DNA of 35,134 nucleotides from Octopus bimaculoides (GCF_001194135.2 NC_068981.1:183199953-183235086), one strand, 5' to 3'. Positions 1 through 12,033 are shown, counted from the stretch's first letter. Notes: a model not told the origin generated them from the letters alone. Numbers and translations are program-made.

Positions 1-136
1 GACTTGTTAGTATTTTATTTCTTACAAATTCTCTCTCTCTCTTCCCATTTTTCTCATGTCTTTTCCCCCCCTCTCTCTCTCTCTCTCTCTCACTTGCATA
101 TGTGTATGTATCTATTAGTATCATTGTCAGTTGTCC

Positions 137-326
137 AGTGGTATTTCGTCTGCCTTCACGTTCCAAGTTCAAATTCCTCCAAGGTCAACTTTGCTTTTCA
201 TTCTTTCGGGGGCCGATAAATTAAGTGCCAGTTGTGTACTGGGGTTGATGTAAACAACTTAACCCCTTCCCCAAATTTGAGGCCTTGTGCTTCCAGTAGA
301 CAGGATTATTATCATCATCATCATCA

Positions 327-361
<35 letters not shown>

Positions 362-680
362 ATATTCAAGGCAGTGAGCTGACAGAACCGTTAACAATCT
401 GGACAAAATGCTTAGTGGCATTTAATCTGCCTTGACATTCTGTATTCAAATTCCACTGAGATCAACTTTGCTTTTCATTCTTACAGGGTCAATAAAATAA
501 GTACCAGCTACGTACTTGGGTCAATGTAATCGACTAGCCCCCCACCAAATTTCAGGCCTTGCATCTATAGTAGAAAGGATTATTATTATTATTATTGTTG
601 TTATTATTAAGATGGTGAGCTGACAAAATTGTTACCACACTGGAAAAACTGTTTATTAGCATTTCTTTTGACTATTCTGA
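137..680 (+). mobile_element. Head-to-tail array of three SINE family D copies (~220 bp tRNA-type SINE) separated by (ATC)/(ATT)n
   Basis: Repeated 'gagctg.cagaa...aatgcttag..gtttcaaattcc..aggtcaactttgc.tttcat' and tail 'aggccttg...agtagaaaggat'. Same family recurs across the window. Confidence 0.8.
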
Positions 681-784
681 AGAATTTCCAATAGAATTCC
701 TGTGATTTACCTTCGTTGCTTTACTCTGTGTTGTATCGTTTATACTGAATATCATCATTTTTGTCTTTTTATGCCCGCATTTAG

Positions 785-843
785 TTTTTGGAGACTTCAG
801 AGGTGACCCGTCTAGTCTACAGCAGTATTGGGCATCAATTGAG
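785..843 (+). CDS. SART3: SART3/p110 exon 1 in this window (HAT repeat region); gene continues upstream
   Basis: Polypyrimidine tract plus ttag acceptor and GAG|gtagga donor. Encodes (x)FGDFRGDPSSLQQYWASIE, resembling recalled vertebrate SART3 'GDPSCVIMQNWARIE'. Ends in phase 0, compatible with the next exon. Confidence 0.85.
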
Positions 844-1006
844 GTAGGATGATTTCAAAAACGATCTAACAAATTGTATGTGTGCATGTGTATATATGTG
901 TGCGTGTTTATATAAGTATGGGTGTGTGTATATGTGTATGTATGTATGTGTATGTGTGTATATGTGTGTGTGTTTGTATATGTGTATGTGTGTATGTGTT
1001 TATATA

Positions 1007-1060
<54 letters not shown>

Positions 1061-1809
1061 NNNNNNNNNNNNNNNNNNNNNNNNNNNNNNNNNNNNNNNN
1101 NNNNNNNNNNNNNNNNNNNNNNNNNNNNNNNNNNNNNNNNNNNNNNNNNNNNNNNNNNNNNNNNNNNNNNNNNNNNNNNNNNNNNNNNNNNNNNNNNNNN
1201 NNNNNNNNNNNNNNNNNTATATATCCATAGTCTAAGACTATATTAATGTGTTGTTCCTTTTAAAGTGTTGGTTGTGTTTTGAGAACAATATGACTGCAAT
1301 TTCTGAAAGTCAAAGTGACCTCAGCCAGACACTCTTGATGGTTTGATCTAATATTGATTCAGGTTGGTGAGGAATTATTTTAGCTCTGTAAAAACTACAT
1401 TTCCACTGATTCTGTTTTCTTATGTCTTTAACTCGGTCTTTCTTCTCCATATCTTTTTTATTAGTCTTCATTTTTGTTAGTAAATTAGAGGAAGCTTAGT
1501 GTATTGCCAAGGACAACAAAACCTGAAACTACATGGAAGTAGGTAGAAACTATGTAGAGTGTATCCAACACAAACAATAAGCATGTAAAAGGTGCAGTGG
1601 GGTCTTGGTCAAGCTGATAAAGAAGGGTTTAATTTGCAATAATAATTACCAAATAGTTTAAAAAGTGGACTAAGTTAATCTGCAAACTAGCATATTCTAG
1701 TCTTTTGTATTTAATATTTTGCAAAGCAGATCATCTCTTGTTTCTTCAGCTTTTTCTAATTTCACTGTCAAGAACAGTTGCTACAAACTCAATCATAGAT
1801 ACAATTTTC

Positions 1810-2030
1810 CAGCCATGCCAGTACCGCCTGACTGGCCGTCGTGCCTGTGGCATGTAAAAGCACCCACTACACTCTTAGAGTGGTTGGTGTTAGGAAGGGC
1901 ATCCAGCTGTAGAAACTCTGCCAGATCAGATTGGAGCCTGGTGCAGCCATCTGGCTCACCAGTCCCCAGTGAAACCGTCCAACCCATGCCAGCATGGAAA
2001 GCAGACGTTAAATGATGATGATGATGTAAG
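1810..2030 (+). mobile_element. Family C modular repeat with LINE-like (ATG)n tail
   Basis: 'aaaagcacccactacactc..gagtggttgg.gttaggaagggcatccagctgtagaaactctgccagatcag...catgccagcatggaaagcagacgttaaatgatgatg' is shared with copies at 7080-7620, 16040-16265, 21400-21800 and 24885-25320. Confidence 0.8.
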
Positions 2031-2209
2031 CAATGACAAAAACTGACAAAAAATAAAGGCGGTGCTCCAGTCCTACAGCTGAAACCATTAAAAAAATAAA
2101 AGAATACTAGTTTAATCATTATTATCATCATCGACATTCATTTCCCATACCTGCATGGGTTAGATGAGTCACCTAGTGTGAATCAGTTCTTGCTTACAAT
2201 TACTGAATT

Positions 2210-2522
2210 CAGGCTTGGCCAACTCGAATTACATTGCAGGCCATTTTAATCACAGAAAGTTTTTTGAAGGCTGCTCGTATACTGACAGAACTGAAAGTAT
2301 TTTGCTTTCTCATGCTATTATTACAATAATGAATGAATGATCATTGATTCAACATGAAATATTATTGTTGCAAAACCAGTAGAATCTTTCTTTCTTTTTT
2401 TTCATTACAATCTTTAATTTTTGATAAAATTTTTAAAATGTTTGTTTAAATAAACCCATTTCAAGAAAGTATCAAGTGGGCCGCAAGATAAAAGTCTGCG
2501 GGCCTCAGGTCGGCCAGCCCTG
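2210..2522. mobile_element. hAT-type MITE
   Basis: Imperfect TIRs CAGGCTTGGCCAACT / rc CAGGGCTGGCCGACC. 8-bp TSD actgaatt (2202-2209) / acttaatt (2523-2530) with one mismatch. Confidence 0.7.
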
Positions 2523-2566
2523 ACTTAATTTCTAATGTTTAATGTATTAATTATCTTTTTTTGCAG

Positions 2567-2676
2567 GTTAGACATTGTAAAAATATTGAGAAAGCACGAG
2601 AGTTATGGAACAGCATCATGACTCAGGGTCACGGAGCTGAAAGCCACATGTGGATGGAGTATTTCCAGATGGAGAA
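2567..2676 (+). CDS. SART3: SART3 exon 2 in window (HAT repeat)
   Basis: ttgcag|...|gtaagt. Encodes VRHCKNIEKARELWNSIMTQGHGAESHMWMEYFQME(K), compared with SART3 'KARELWDSIMTRGNAKYANMWLEYYNLE'. Confidence 0.95.
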
Positions 2677-2749
2677 GTAAGTTTTTATGATCCCTCACAA
2701 TTGCCCAATCGTTTGTGCGATTAATTACTGTATGTAATTCTCACTTATA

Positions 2750-3180
2750 TAACAGTGTGGATTGCTTCTCAATCACAGTTTCAAGTTCAACCTCACTGCA
2801 TGGCAGCTTGAGCAAGCATCTTCTATTATTGCCCTGAGCTGATCAAAGCCTTATGAGTGGGTTTGATAGATGGGGTCTGAAATAAGCTTATTTGTATGTG
2901 TGTGTGTCTCATCTTGGTAACATATATGATTGTTGTAAACAAGTGTGACTGTTTTACAAGCAACGTCATTCATTTTCAATATTCTGCATCAACTTGTCTG
3001 GCCAAAGGGAAATATTACTTTACTTGGAAACGAGTGAGGGTGAGCATCCAGTCATAGGAACCAAGCCAAATCAGACTAGAACCCAGTGTAGGTCTCTAGC
3101 TTACCAGTTCCAGTCAAACCATTTGGCCCATGCCAACTTGGAAAGCAGACGTTAAATGATGATGATGATGATGATATCAT
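2750..3180 (+). mobile_element. Degenerate SINE: family A tRNA-like head joined to family C-type (ATG)n tail
   Basis: Homologous to 9905-10315. Head matches family A and the 3' end reads 'gaaagcagacgttaaatgatgatg'. Confidence 0.6.
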
Positions 3181-3832
3181 CAAAATCTTGAAGCTATGAG
3201 ATAATGAATGATTAATTGAAAACAATGTAAACAAATGAGCATTACTTTTGACAGAGTAATCAGAATGCTAAAGAGTTACAGACCTGAGTTCAATTCTTCC
3301 TGTTGGAGAAATTATATGTAATAGACAGATAATTTCCTGGAGAGAGAGAGAGAGAGATTATTTATGATAACCTGCTATCCTATCCTGTGTGAGATTAGTT
3401 TCTCATTCCTATAACATGCCATGTAACATCACAAAAATGAGAACCTCATGAATTCCTCAGTTTTTTTTTTGGGGGGGGGGTTCATATTTCTAATAAAACT
3501 TCCTTTCATTACCATCATCATCATCATCATTTAGCATCCATTTTTCTCTTTGGCATGGCTTGGACAGTTCAACAGGAGCCAGTGAACCAGAGGACTGCAC
3601 CAAGTTCTACTGTCTGTTTTGGAATGGTTTTTATGATTGGGTGCCATTCCTAATGTCAATGAATGTAATTACTCTCACTAATGGAGATTTCATTAAGCTC
3701 ATTATGTACTTAGTGAACCTCTTTGTAATAAGGCTAATGCTTCTTACAATATCATCATATTTCATGATGATTTTCTTCACTGAATCTAAATAATTCTTCA
3801 AGAAAAATATAACTTTTCTCTCAATATTGTAG

Positions 3833-3945
3833 GGCATATGGTAATGCAAAGAATTGCCGCAAAGTACTACAGAGGGCACTTAACTCAGTCACTGATTGGC
3901 CACAAGGGATTGTTGATGCCTACTTACAATTTGAACGAGAAGAAG
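3833..3945 (+). CDS. SART3: SART3 exon 3 in window (HAT repeat)
   Basis: ttgtag|...|gtaagc. Encodes AYGNAKNCRKVLQRALNSVTDWPQGIVDAYLQFEREE(G). Phases 2 in and 1 out match the neighbouring exons. Confidence 0.95.
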
Positions 3946-5239
3946 GTAAGCTTTTACATGTGTGCGTGTGTGTTTCAGTTGGGTGTACAATGCTGTTGTT
4001 TAACCCCAGGTCAGCTTTGATTTTGCAGACCTATGATGAAAGGCATTCCAATTATAACCATTATGTTATTTTGTATATCTAGAACAACATTGGCTAATGT
4101 GTCCTTCATAAGACACTAGGATGTGATTTGAGAGAAATCAGCAAATTCTTGCAGGTTGAGCTGCTCCTTAATTTTTTTTTTTTTTTGGTAATTATCTTAC
4201 ATAGGACCTATAATTGAGATTGTAATAGAGTATGCTCCCACCACAGCTCAACACTGAGTCAGTCAGTGATCTATGGGCTAAATCATATGTTAAATTACTT
4301 GTTTATTAGTAAGTAGCTCTGTCTGATATTGTACTGTATAATACAAGTATTTTACACTGACTAATTATTTAACTGGTGGACAAGTTACTTTAAATGAATT
4401 CAGTATAATGTCAGGAAAGTTGGGTGTGTAAGATGTAATTGTTTGATGTGTATGTGTATACAATGTATTGTATAAATCAGACGATAGTCGGCATGCAGTG
4501 TGGAGCATATGTCAGTGAGACAAAGTCAGCGGCTGGTGTTACCACAATTGAAGTATAAACAGAATTTTGAGAAAAATAACATTTAAGTGGATTCAAGTAA
4601 GTAGCAATCCTACCCTGGTGGTTGGTATGTATTACCAATAGGTTGTTGTTGTTATTAAGTGTCCTGCCTAGGGCACACATGAGAACAGCTGGAGTCACTC
4701 AGCTCTTCAGCCTCAGCCGCTAGTCTAGAGATAGACTTGAAGTTTTATATTAGTGTAGCAACAGTTACATATGCAATGAGTGAAGTAGTGTCATCTTTAT
4801 TTATTGTCCATTTTCCATGCTGGCATGGGTTGGATGGTTTGACAGGAGGAGAGCTGCACCAGACTCCAATTGTCAGTTTTGGCATAGTTTCTATGGCTGG
4901 ATGCCCTTCCTTATACCAATCACTCCACAGAGTTTACTGGGTGCCTCTTACATGGCACCAGTTTGTGTAAATTGCTGCTTCCACTCTTCTTTATTTTAAC
5001 TACTAAAGGTTCGTCATCATCTCATCATCATTATTTCACATATTTTTCCAGGTATGGGTGGAATGGGCCGCTTTCATCACTCCTTGCCAGTTGTCATAGT
5101 CCTTTGTCATTTCCATTGGGTGGCCCAGCACCCCACGAACATATCCCCACCACTCTCCTTCCCACATCTTCTTTAATTAAAAACAAAAGCTGTTTCTTGT
5201 ACTGGACAAACTACTTACTTGTTCCCCTTTCACTACTAG

Positions 5240-5316
5240 GTACCTTAGAAGACTATGAAATTTCCCTCAACAAATGTACTGCCCAACTACAACGGTTACA
5301 ACAAAGACAAGCTCTG
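5240..5316 (+). CDS. SART3: SART3 exon 4 in window
   Basis: tactag|...|gtaagt. Encodes (G)TLEDYEISLNKCTAQLQRLQQRQAL, compared with SART3 'GSLEDWDIAVQKTETRLARV'. Confidence 0.93.
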
Positions 5317-5809
5317 GTAAGTAGGTGTTTATCAATAGATATTTAACAGGGGGAGAGTTGGGGAGTCCACAGTCAACATTATCGTTCATTTTGTTTCTTT
5401 ATATATCGCATTTTAGATGTAAGAATTAAGGTTGTGATGTACATGCCTTTCCCAAGGACATAATCACAGGAAATTAATTGGGAATTGAAATCAAATCGTA
5501 TATTTACATGTGCATGTATGTATGTGCTGCATGCACATTTAGGTGCAGCATTTGTATACATGTTTCTATACATCAAAATATATACACATACACCCTCCAA
5601 CCCATGCTAGCATGGAAAGCGGACGTTAAACGACGACGATACATCTCTCTCTCTCTATCTATATATATATACATATATATATGTATGTATATATATATAT
5701 ATATATGTANNNNNNNNNNNNNNNNNNNNNNNNNNNNNNNNNNNNNNNNNNNNNNNNNNNNNNNNNNNNNNNNNNNNNNNNNNNNNNNNNNNNNNNNNNN
5801 NNNNNNNNN

Positions 5810-6025
5810 TTCCTAATGCTAACCACTCCGAGAATGTAGTGGGTGCTTTTACGTGCCACTGGCACGAGTCAGGCAGTACTGGCAACGGCCACGCTCAAAT
5901 GGTGTTTTTTATGTGCTACCAGCACGGAAGCCAGACAGCTGCTCTGACAATGATCACGCTTGGATGGTGCTGTTAGTGCTCCACTGGCACAGGTGCCAGT
6001 CATTGAATTTGGTTCAATTTTGATT
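5810..6025 (-). mobile_element. Family C modular repeat (partial)
   Basis: Reverse-complement match to the family C modules. Confidence 0.75.
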
Positions 6026-7079
6026 ATATATATATAGAAAGAAAGTGAGTTCAAAATGATGCAAAAAAATAGAGATAGGTGAAGGAACAACAAACAAGGT
6101 GTATTAACTGATTGTTCAGAAAAATAGAAGAGTCCTTGACATTTTGATCTTACGCTATCCTACGGAAAGGAATGAGGAGAGAGATAAATTGTCTGAATTA
6201 ATAGTTGCACATACAAACACACACACACATACATACACATATTTCATGTTTTTCTTTGCTAGACTCAGGTTAAAATTGTATGTCCTTTTGCAAATTTGGA
6301 CAAATTTTATATATTGTTGAAGTTAGTATTTTGTTGTTGGTTGAGCCTTGTGTTGCTAGCAATTAGAACCAGTCGTGATAGTCAACACTGGCTAATATTA
6401 TATATCCAGAAAGCATAACAATAATAGCTGTAGGAAAGGTTACAGTTATGGCCACAGAGACAGTAATTTTAACTGTCTAACATCGCCAAGTATGATCAGG
6501 TAGTTAAAATGTTTGCTTTGCAATTACATGGTTCCAGTTTCAATCCCACTGTAGCACTTCATATAAGTGTCTTCTGTCATACACAGATCAACAATTTCTT
6601 GTCATGAGTGAAATTATTTAGATGGAATTGTACAGTTTTTAGCCAGTTTAGTTTTTCACCACCAGCTGTGGATTATGTTAATCCACAGCAATTGCTTGTG
6701 GATTTGCATAATCCACTCTTGTAAAGCATTTGGAATAGATCTTCAGTTTGAAAATAGCCCGTGACTCGTGAGTTCTTTCTCCCTATTTCTCACCCCACCC
6801 TCTACTAATGAAGATCCTTTATAAATGACTAACAGGGACTGCTCTTTCTCATTTGACTAATCATCATCATTCTCATCATTTTAACATTCACTTTGCATGG
6901 GTTGTACAGAGTTGATTGAGTTAAATTTTCTACCCTTGGATGCCATTACTCTTAGCAGTTTTCATGTTTCCAAGCAAGGGAATATTTCCCCATGACCGGA
7001 CATGTTCACCCAGAATATTGGAAATGAATAACACTGTTTGTATGGCAGTGACACTTGTTTACAACTATCATGTAATCAT

Positions 7080-7620
7080 CATCACCATTATCGTTTAACA
7101 TCTGCTTTCCATGCTAGCATGGGTTGGACGATTTGACTGAGGACTGGCGAACCAGATGGTTGCACCAGGCTCCAATCTGATCTGGCAGAGTTTCTACAGC
7201 TGGATGNNNNNNNNNNTTGCACCAGGCTCCAATCTGATCTGGCAGAGTTTCTACAGCTGGATGCCCTTCCTAACGCAAACCACTCCGAGAGTGTAGTGGG
7301 TGCTTTTACGTGCCGCCGGCACGAGGGCCAGTTGGGCATTACTGGCAATGGCCTTGCTCAAATGGTGTTTTTTACGTGCCATCTGCACAGGAGCCAGTCC
7401 AGTAGCACTGGCAATGACCTTGCTCGAATGTTTTTTCACATGCCACCAGCACAAGTGCTAGTAAGGTGACACTGGTAACGATCATGCTCAAATGGTGCTA
7501 TTTACGTGCCACCGGCATGGAAACCAGGCAGCTGCTCTGGCAATGATCCTGCTCGGACGGTGCTGTTAGTAATCCACTGGCACAGGTGTCAGTCATCGAA
7601 TTTGGTTCAATTACAATTTA
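7080..7620 (-). mobile_element. Family C modular repeat (long copy, spans a 10-N gap)
   Basis: Reverse-complement match to 21400-21800 and 24885-25320. Confidence 0.8.
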
Positions 7621-7968
7621 TATATATATACAGTCCTCAGTCAAATCATCCAACCCATGCTAGCATGGAAAGTGGACATTAAATGACAAACGACAATGGG
7701 CTTCTTTCAGTTTCCAAATACCAAATCTACTCACAAGGCTTTGGTTGATCTGAGGCTATAGTAGAAAACACCAGTCCAAGGTGACACACTGTCTGAAAGT
7801 GAACCCAAACCCGTGTGGTTGAAAAGCAAATGTCTTAATCATACAGCCATACCTGTTCTTAATAATCTGTATAACAACAATAATAAATTTATGTTTTACG
7901 TATGAAATCAATAATATGAGAATTGGGTGTTGTGACAGGGTCATTCTGACAGTTTATTACTGTTGTAG

Positions 7969-8097
7969 GCTAAAGAGAAAGAACAGATGATGAAAGACCA
8001 GAAACGGTTGAATGACCGCAACATTAAGAAGGTTGTGCGTAAACCAATTGGTTCCCATGAGAGGCCGGGGGACAGTAGTACGACAACGAAACGAAAG
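7969..8097 (+). CDS. SART3: SART3 exon 5 in window (basic/coiled linker, probable NLS region)
   Basis: ttgtag|...|gtaagc. Open 43-codon frame AKEKEQMMKDQKRLNDRNIKKVVRKPIGSHERPGDSSTTTKRK, phase 0 at both ends. Confidence 0.85.
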
Positions 8098-9401
8098 GTA
8101 AGCTTTTTTTTTTTGTTTTTTGCTTTTTTTGGCTTTGTTTTGGATGTTTAACCTCGTTGTTGTCTCTTTCATGCTTTGTTTGATTCACATCTGTTGCTAA
8201 CCCCATAACATCGGTTGTAATAAATTTACATGCAGTGTGTACATGCTTTGAAACATATAACGGAAACATACTGTTGTGTCGACGCCCCCAGGCAAAGAAG
8301 TAAGATCTCCCAAGACATATAAATAGAGGTAGTCTGGCCGTAGTAGGCTGTTGAGTAGCAGTCAAGTAGCAGTTGTGTAGAGATCATCCAAAGGTGCTAA
8401 ATAGCAGTAGCGTTGAGACATAACACATACGCAGCCCGACCTGCTGTGGTTTTGTACCTGTTTGTGGTGTACCAGTTGATATAAATATCCACTACCACTC
8501 ACAGAATTGATAATTAGAGGCCACCGTTCAAATTTCAAGAAATCTGATAGGTCTGTTAGACTCTTCATGTAAATATTTCCAACTAAGTTTGAGACTTTGT
8601 CACCATAATAGTATAAAAGCAGTAGTTTTGGCCGTTACACCACCATTTCTACCATGACTTCCGTTGTCATGGAGTTAACACACAACAAGAAAGCGTCTAC
8701 ACTATCACTCAACACTGTAGAAATGTATATTAGCATCAACATTGTTTTGACATCCAGTGTCTTAATAAAAGGAAGGACACATTGGATAAAGTAGTCCAAG
8801 ATATACTGACTCAATGAAAGGCAAAATGGCGACAATCAGTATCATGGTGATCATTATTATTTTAACATCAACTTTTACATGCTTGTATGAGTCCAGTGAA
8901 ATTTGTTGAGGTGGATTTTCTATGGCCAGATACTCTTCCTGTCACCAACCCTCACCTGTTTCCAGCTCGGCTGATATTTCCCCATGGTTAGATATGAATT
9001 CGTGGAAGATTGGAAACAAAGGACACTTACAACTGTCACACAATATCAAGCTAAGGAGACTAACACCACACACACACATATGTATGGATGAGGAGAGCTG
9101 TGTGCAGAAGTGTCACTACCTAACAGTGGAAGGAACCAACTGTAGAAACTCTGCCAGATCAGATTGAAGCCTGGTGCAGCCTTCTGGCTTTCCAGTCCTC
9201 AGTCAAATCGTCCAACCCATGCTAGCATGGAAAGCAGACGTTAAACGATGATGTGTGTGTATGTGTATACATCCATACACACACACATTTTCTGTCTCTC
9301 TGTGTATGTAAGCATTTGTCTATTTATTTATCTATCATATATATATGTATGTATGTATGTATGTATTGATCTTCCTCTTGCATTGCTCCATTTATTTCCA
9401 G

Positions 9402-9537
9402 CTTCATGAACAACAACAAGTAAACATTACAGATAAAGATGGTTTTAAGATACCAGTGGTTCCTGCTCTTGTTGGAGAGGTGACACCAAGGCAACCTGAC
9501 CCTGAAGGCCCTACATCTGCCAAAAAAGTTAAAACTG
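9402..9537 (+). CDS. SART3: SART3 exon 6 in window (low-complexity linker)
   Basis: ttccag|...|gtaaga. Encodes LHEQQQVNITDKDGFKIPVVPALVGEVTPRQPDPEGPTSAKKVKT, with phase 1 out matching the next exon. Confidence 0.85.
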
Positions 9538-9904
9538 GTAAGATTACCTGTTGGCTTTTTAAAATTTTGTTTTTTCTTTCGTGTTGAATTTTTTTTCCTC
9601 CTATGCTAATTACTCTAGCTGAAGTAGCTCTATGTGGTCACTTGTCCTGCTAAAAATCACAGCCACATCTCCTTCATATCACTTTTAAAATATGAACACA
9701 TTGGATAATGTATTCTGGATATATATATAAAATGAGTGGATAATCATTAATGGAATGTTTTTAGTGGTAGATCTTCTCAAATAGGGCTGATTTGGGGCTA
9801 AACTAATTTCTAATTTCACTGATGACTTTTCCATGAAATAGCTGTGTCTTTCTTGGAAATTTACCTTGTTTTAGCAAGATTTGAACTCCTGATTTGATGT
9901 AATT

Positions 9905-10315
9905 GGGCACTGATGTGGCTATGTGGTTAAGAAGCTTGCTTCCCAACAACATAGCCATAATTATTAGTTCAGTCCCGCTGCGTGGCACCTTGGACAAGTG
10001 TCTTCTACTATTGCTCTGAGCCGACAAAAGAAGCCTTGTCAGCCTGTAATGTGAGTGTTGGTGTATGTGTATGTGTGTGTGTGTGACTCCTTATGTTGAT
10101 ATCATATAAGTTGTAAATGAGTGTCACTGTCATACAAGCAGTGTCATTCATTTCCAATATTCTGCAAAAACATGTTTGGTCATGGGGCAAACCTTACCTT
10201 GCTTGGAAACAGGTGAGGGTTAGTGACAGGAATGGCCTCTTGCTGTAGAAAATCTGCCTCAATATACTTCCATCAGACTCATGCAAACATGGAAAAACAA
10301 TGACGATAATGATGA
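9905..10315 (+). mobile_element. SINE with family A head and (ATG)n tail
   Basis: A-box-like 'gtggctatgtggttaag', B-box-like 'agttcagtccc', then 'cgtggcaccttggacaagtgtcttc'. Homologous to 2750-3180. Confidence 0.65.
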
Positions 10316-11105
10316 TAGCCAGAGTTATTGGCATCCATTTGTGATTGAGAATCTTAAACCTTGTTTCTTATATCGTTAAACTTGGAACCCAAATTACATA
10401 CTGATTTTGAGATCTTATCAACATGCTAAATTTAATCTACCAGACAATTTAGCATAAACCCCTTATCCATGGATGTCTCCATCAGATATTACTCTTTTGC
10501 AAGCATCCAACTAAGAATAATTTCCTGTATTCCTCTCTTTAGTGTCAAAATACACTGGTACAAAGTACAAATGGGTATTGTCTTTCCTTTTGAATAAACC
10601 ATAAAAAAATGGCTATAATTTTACCTTCTGCAGTATTTTTTGATATATCATGGAGCTTTATTCATGGAGCTTTATTCATGGAGTTTTGATGAAGATCATG
10701 TCATTGTTCAACATCTTATTTGACAATTGGAAAGATATTAAGGGAAGACAACAGGTGGAGAGACATGTATGTAGTGAAAGAGCCTTGTGATACACTGAGT
10801 CTCTGCAGTATGAGTTCAATTCCTGCCAGAGTTAATTTTACTTTTCATCCTTTTGAGATCAATAAAGAAAGAGAAAGGTGGTGTATTGATAGAATTCTTA
10901 GAGCATCTGATGAACTTTCTTGCAGTGTCCATTCCAGCTCTGTGCATTCTAAGTTCATTTTTTTGACCTGTCAGGAGTTGTGACCAACAGATAGTATCGA
11001 CAATTTAAAAAGACATATGGAAATGTAATTCTGTTGATTCATTTGGATGATCTACTGCTACTACCACCACCACCACATGGGTTTTGGGTTTTTTAATCAC
11101 CTTTA

Positions 11106-11674
11106 GGATCTATTTTAAAACGGGGGCCACATTTTTCATTAATGTTTTACGTAGTGTTTTTGGTATGGAAAGACTTTCAAACTTCATATACTTATCTATT
11201 TTGTGTTATAGAACAGAAAAATATTTTTGTATTCGAATTTATTTCATGTAAAAAATTGTCTTATTTCGATAATTTCAACCAGTCACTGACAAGTATTCAG
11301 TTGTTTACATTTACTCCTTTGGCTGATTAAGCGATGTAAAGCGTATTTAATCTCCATACCTTCGTTTTATTTGCTTTTTTCATTTTAAATTTGCTTTAAC
11401 CCTAACCCTAACCTTAGGGTTAGGGTTAGGGTTAATTGTTTCAGAATCGTTTGTTTATGTAGTCGGCACTTAATGTATATCGGCTGAATGGACGTCAGTG
11501 ATTGGTTGAAATTACAGAAATACGACAACTTTAACGTGGAATAAGTTATGGATTTCTTTTTTTTTTAAAGAAGACTAAGAGAAAAAGATGTTTTATATGA
11601 CACATTCTACCAGTGTTCCAAGTTTCAAAGTGTTTCGTTAATGAAAAATGTGGCCCCCGTTTTAAAAAAGATCC
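11106..11674. mobile_element. 569-bp non-autonomous DNA transposon with GG termini and 8-bp TSD (Merlin-like)
   Basis: 37-bp TIR GGATCT(A/T)TTTTAAAACGGGGGCCACATTTTTCATTAA with 1 mismatch. Perfect TSD CACCTTTA at 11098-11105 and 11675-11682. Superfamily call is inferred from termini and TSD length only. Confidence 0.85.
11396..11435. repeat. 40-bp near-perfect palindrome of telomeric repeats (CCCTAA)n-(TTAGGG)n
   Basis: TTAACCCTAACCCTAACCTTAGGGTTAGGGTTAGGGTTAA read directly from the sequence. Confidence 0.95.
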
Positions 11675-12033
11675 CACCTTTATTATCATCATTTAATCTC
11701 TGTTTTCCATGCTGATTGGTTTGACAGGAGCTGGCATGTTGGAGAACTGCATCAGGCTCCAGTTGTCTGTTTTGTTATGGTTTCTATGGCCAGATGCCCT
11801 TCCTGATGCCAACCACTTTACAGAGGGTACTGGGTGATTTTTACATGATGCTGGCATGACTGGTTTTTGTGTGGGCTGACAGATGCTCTTTTACTTGGTG
11901 CTGGCACTGGTGCTCTTTATATGGTACCAACACAGATGCTACACAGCCACCTTTGTACTGTAGTTGATAGGATAATGTGTTTTGTTTAGGACTTTAGTTT
12001 CTGGTCTCTGAATATATATTATATATGTATATA

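Noticed and set aside
785-843. GDP motif shifted by one residue relative to recalled vertebrate SART3
   Set aside because: Compensating small indels in a variable loop; the frame and splice sites are intact and the comparison is from memory.
878-1246. Long ORFs of 100-418 aa here and at 5478-5816, 25235-25804, 28843-30176 and 31566-32106
   Set aside because: They consist of (TG)/(TA) microsatellite translations and N runs.
7160-7263. Exact 47-bp direct repeat on either side of a 10-N gap
   Set aside because: Signature of overlapping contig ends joined with a placeholder gap, so an assembly artefact.
10649-10683. 14-bp tandem duplication CATGGAGCTTTATT x2.5 and a nearby 10-bp hairpin at 10423-10455
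   Set aside because: Ordinary slippage or chance events in AT-rich intron sequence.
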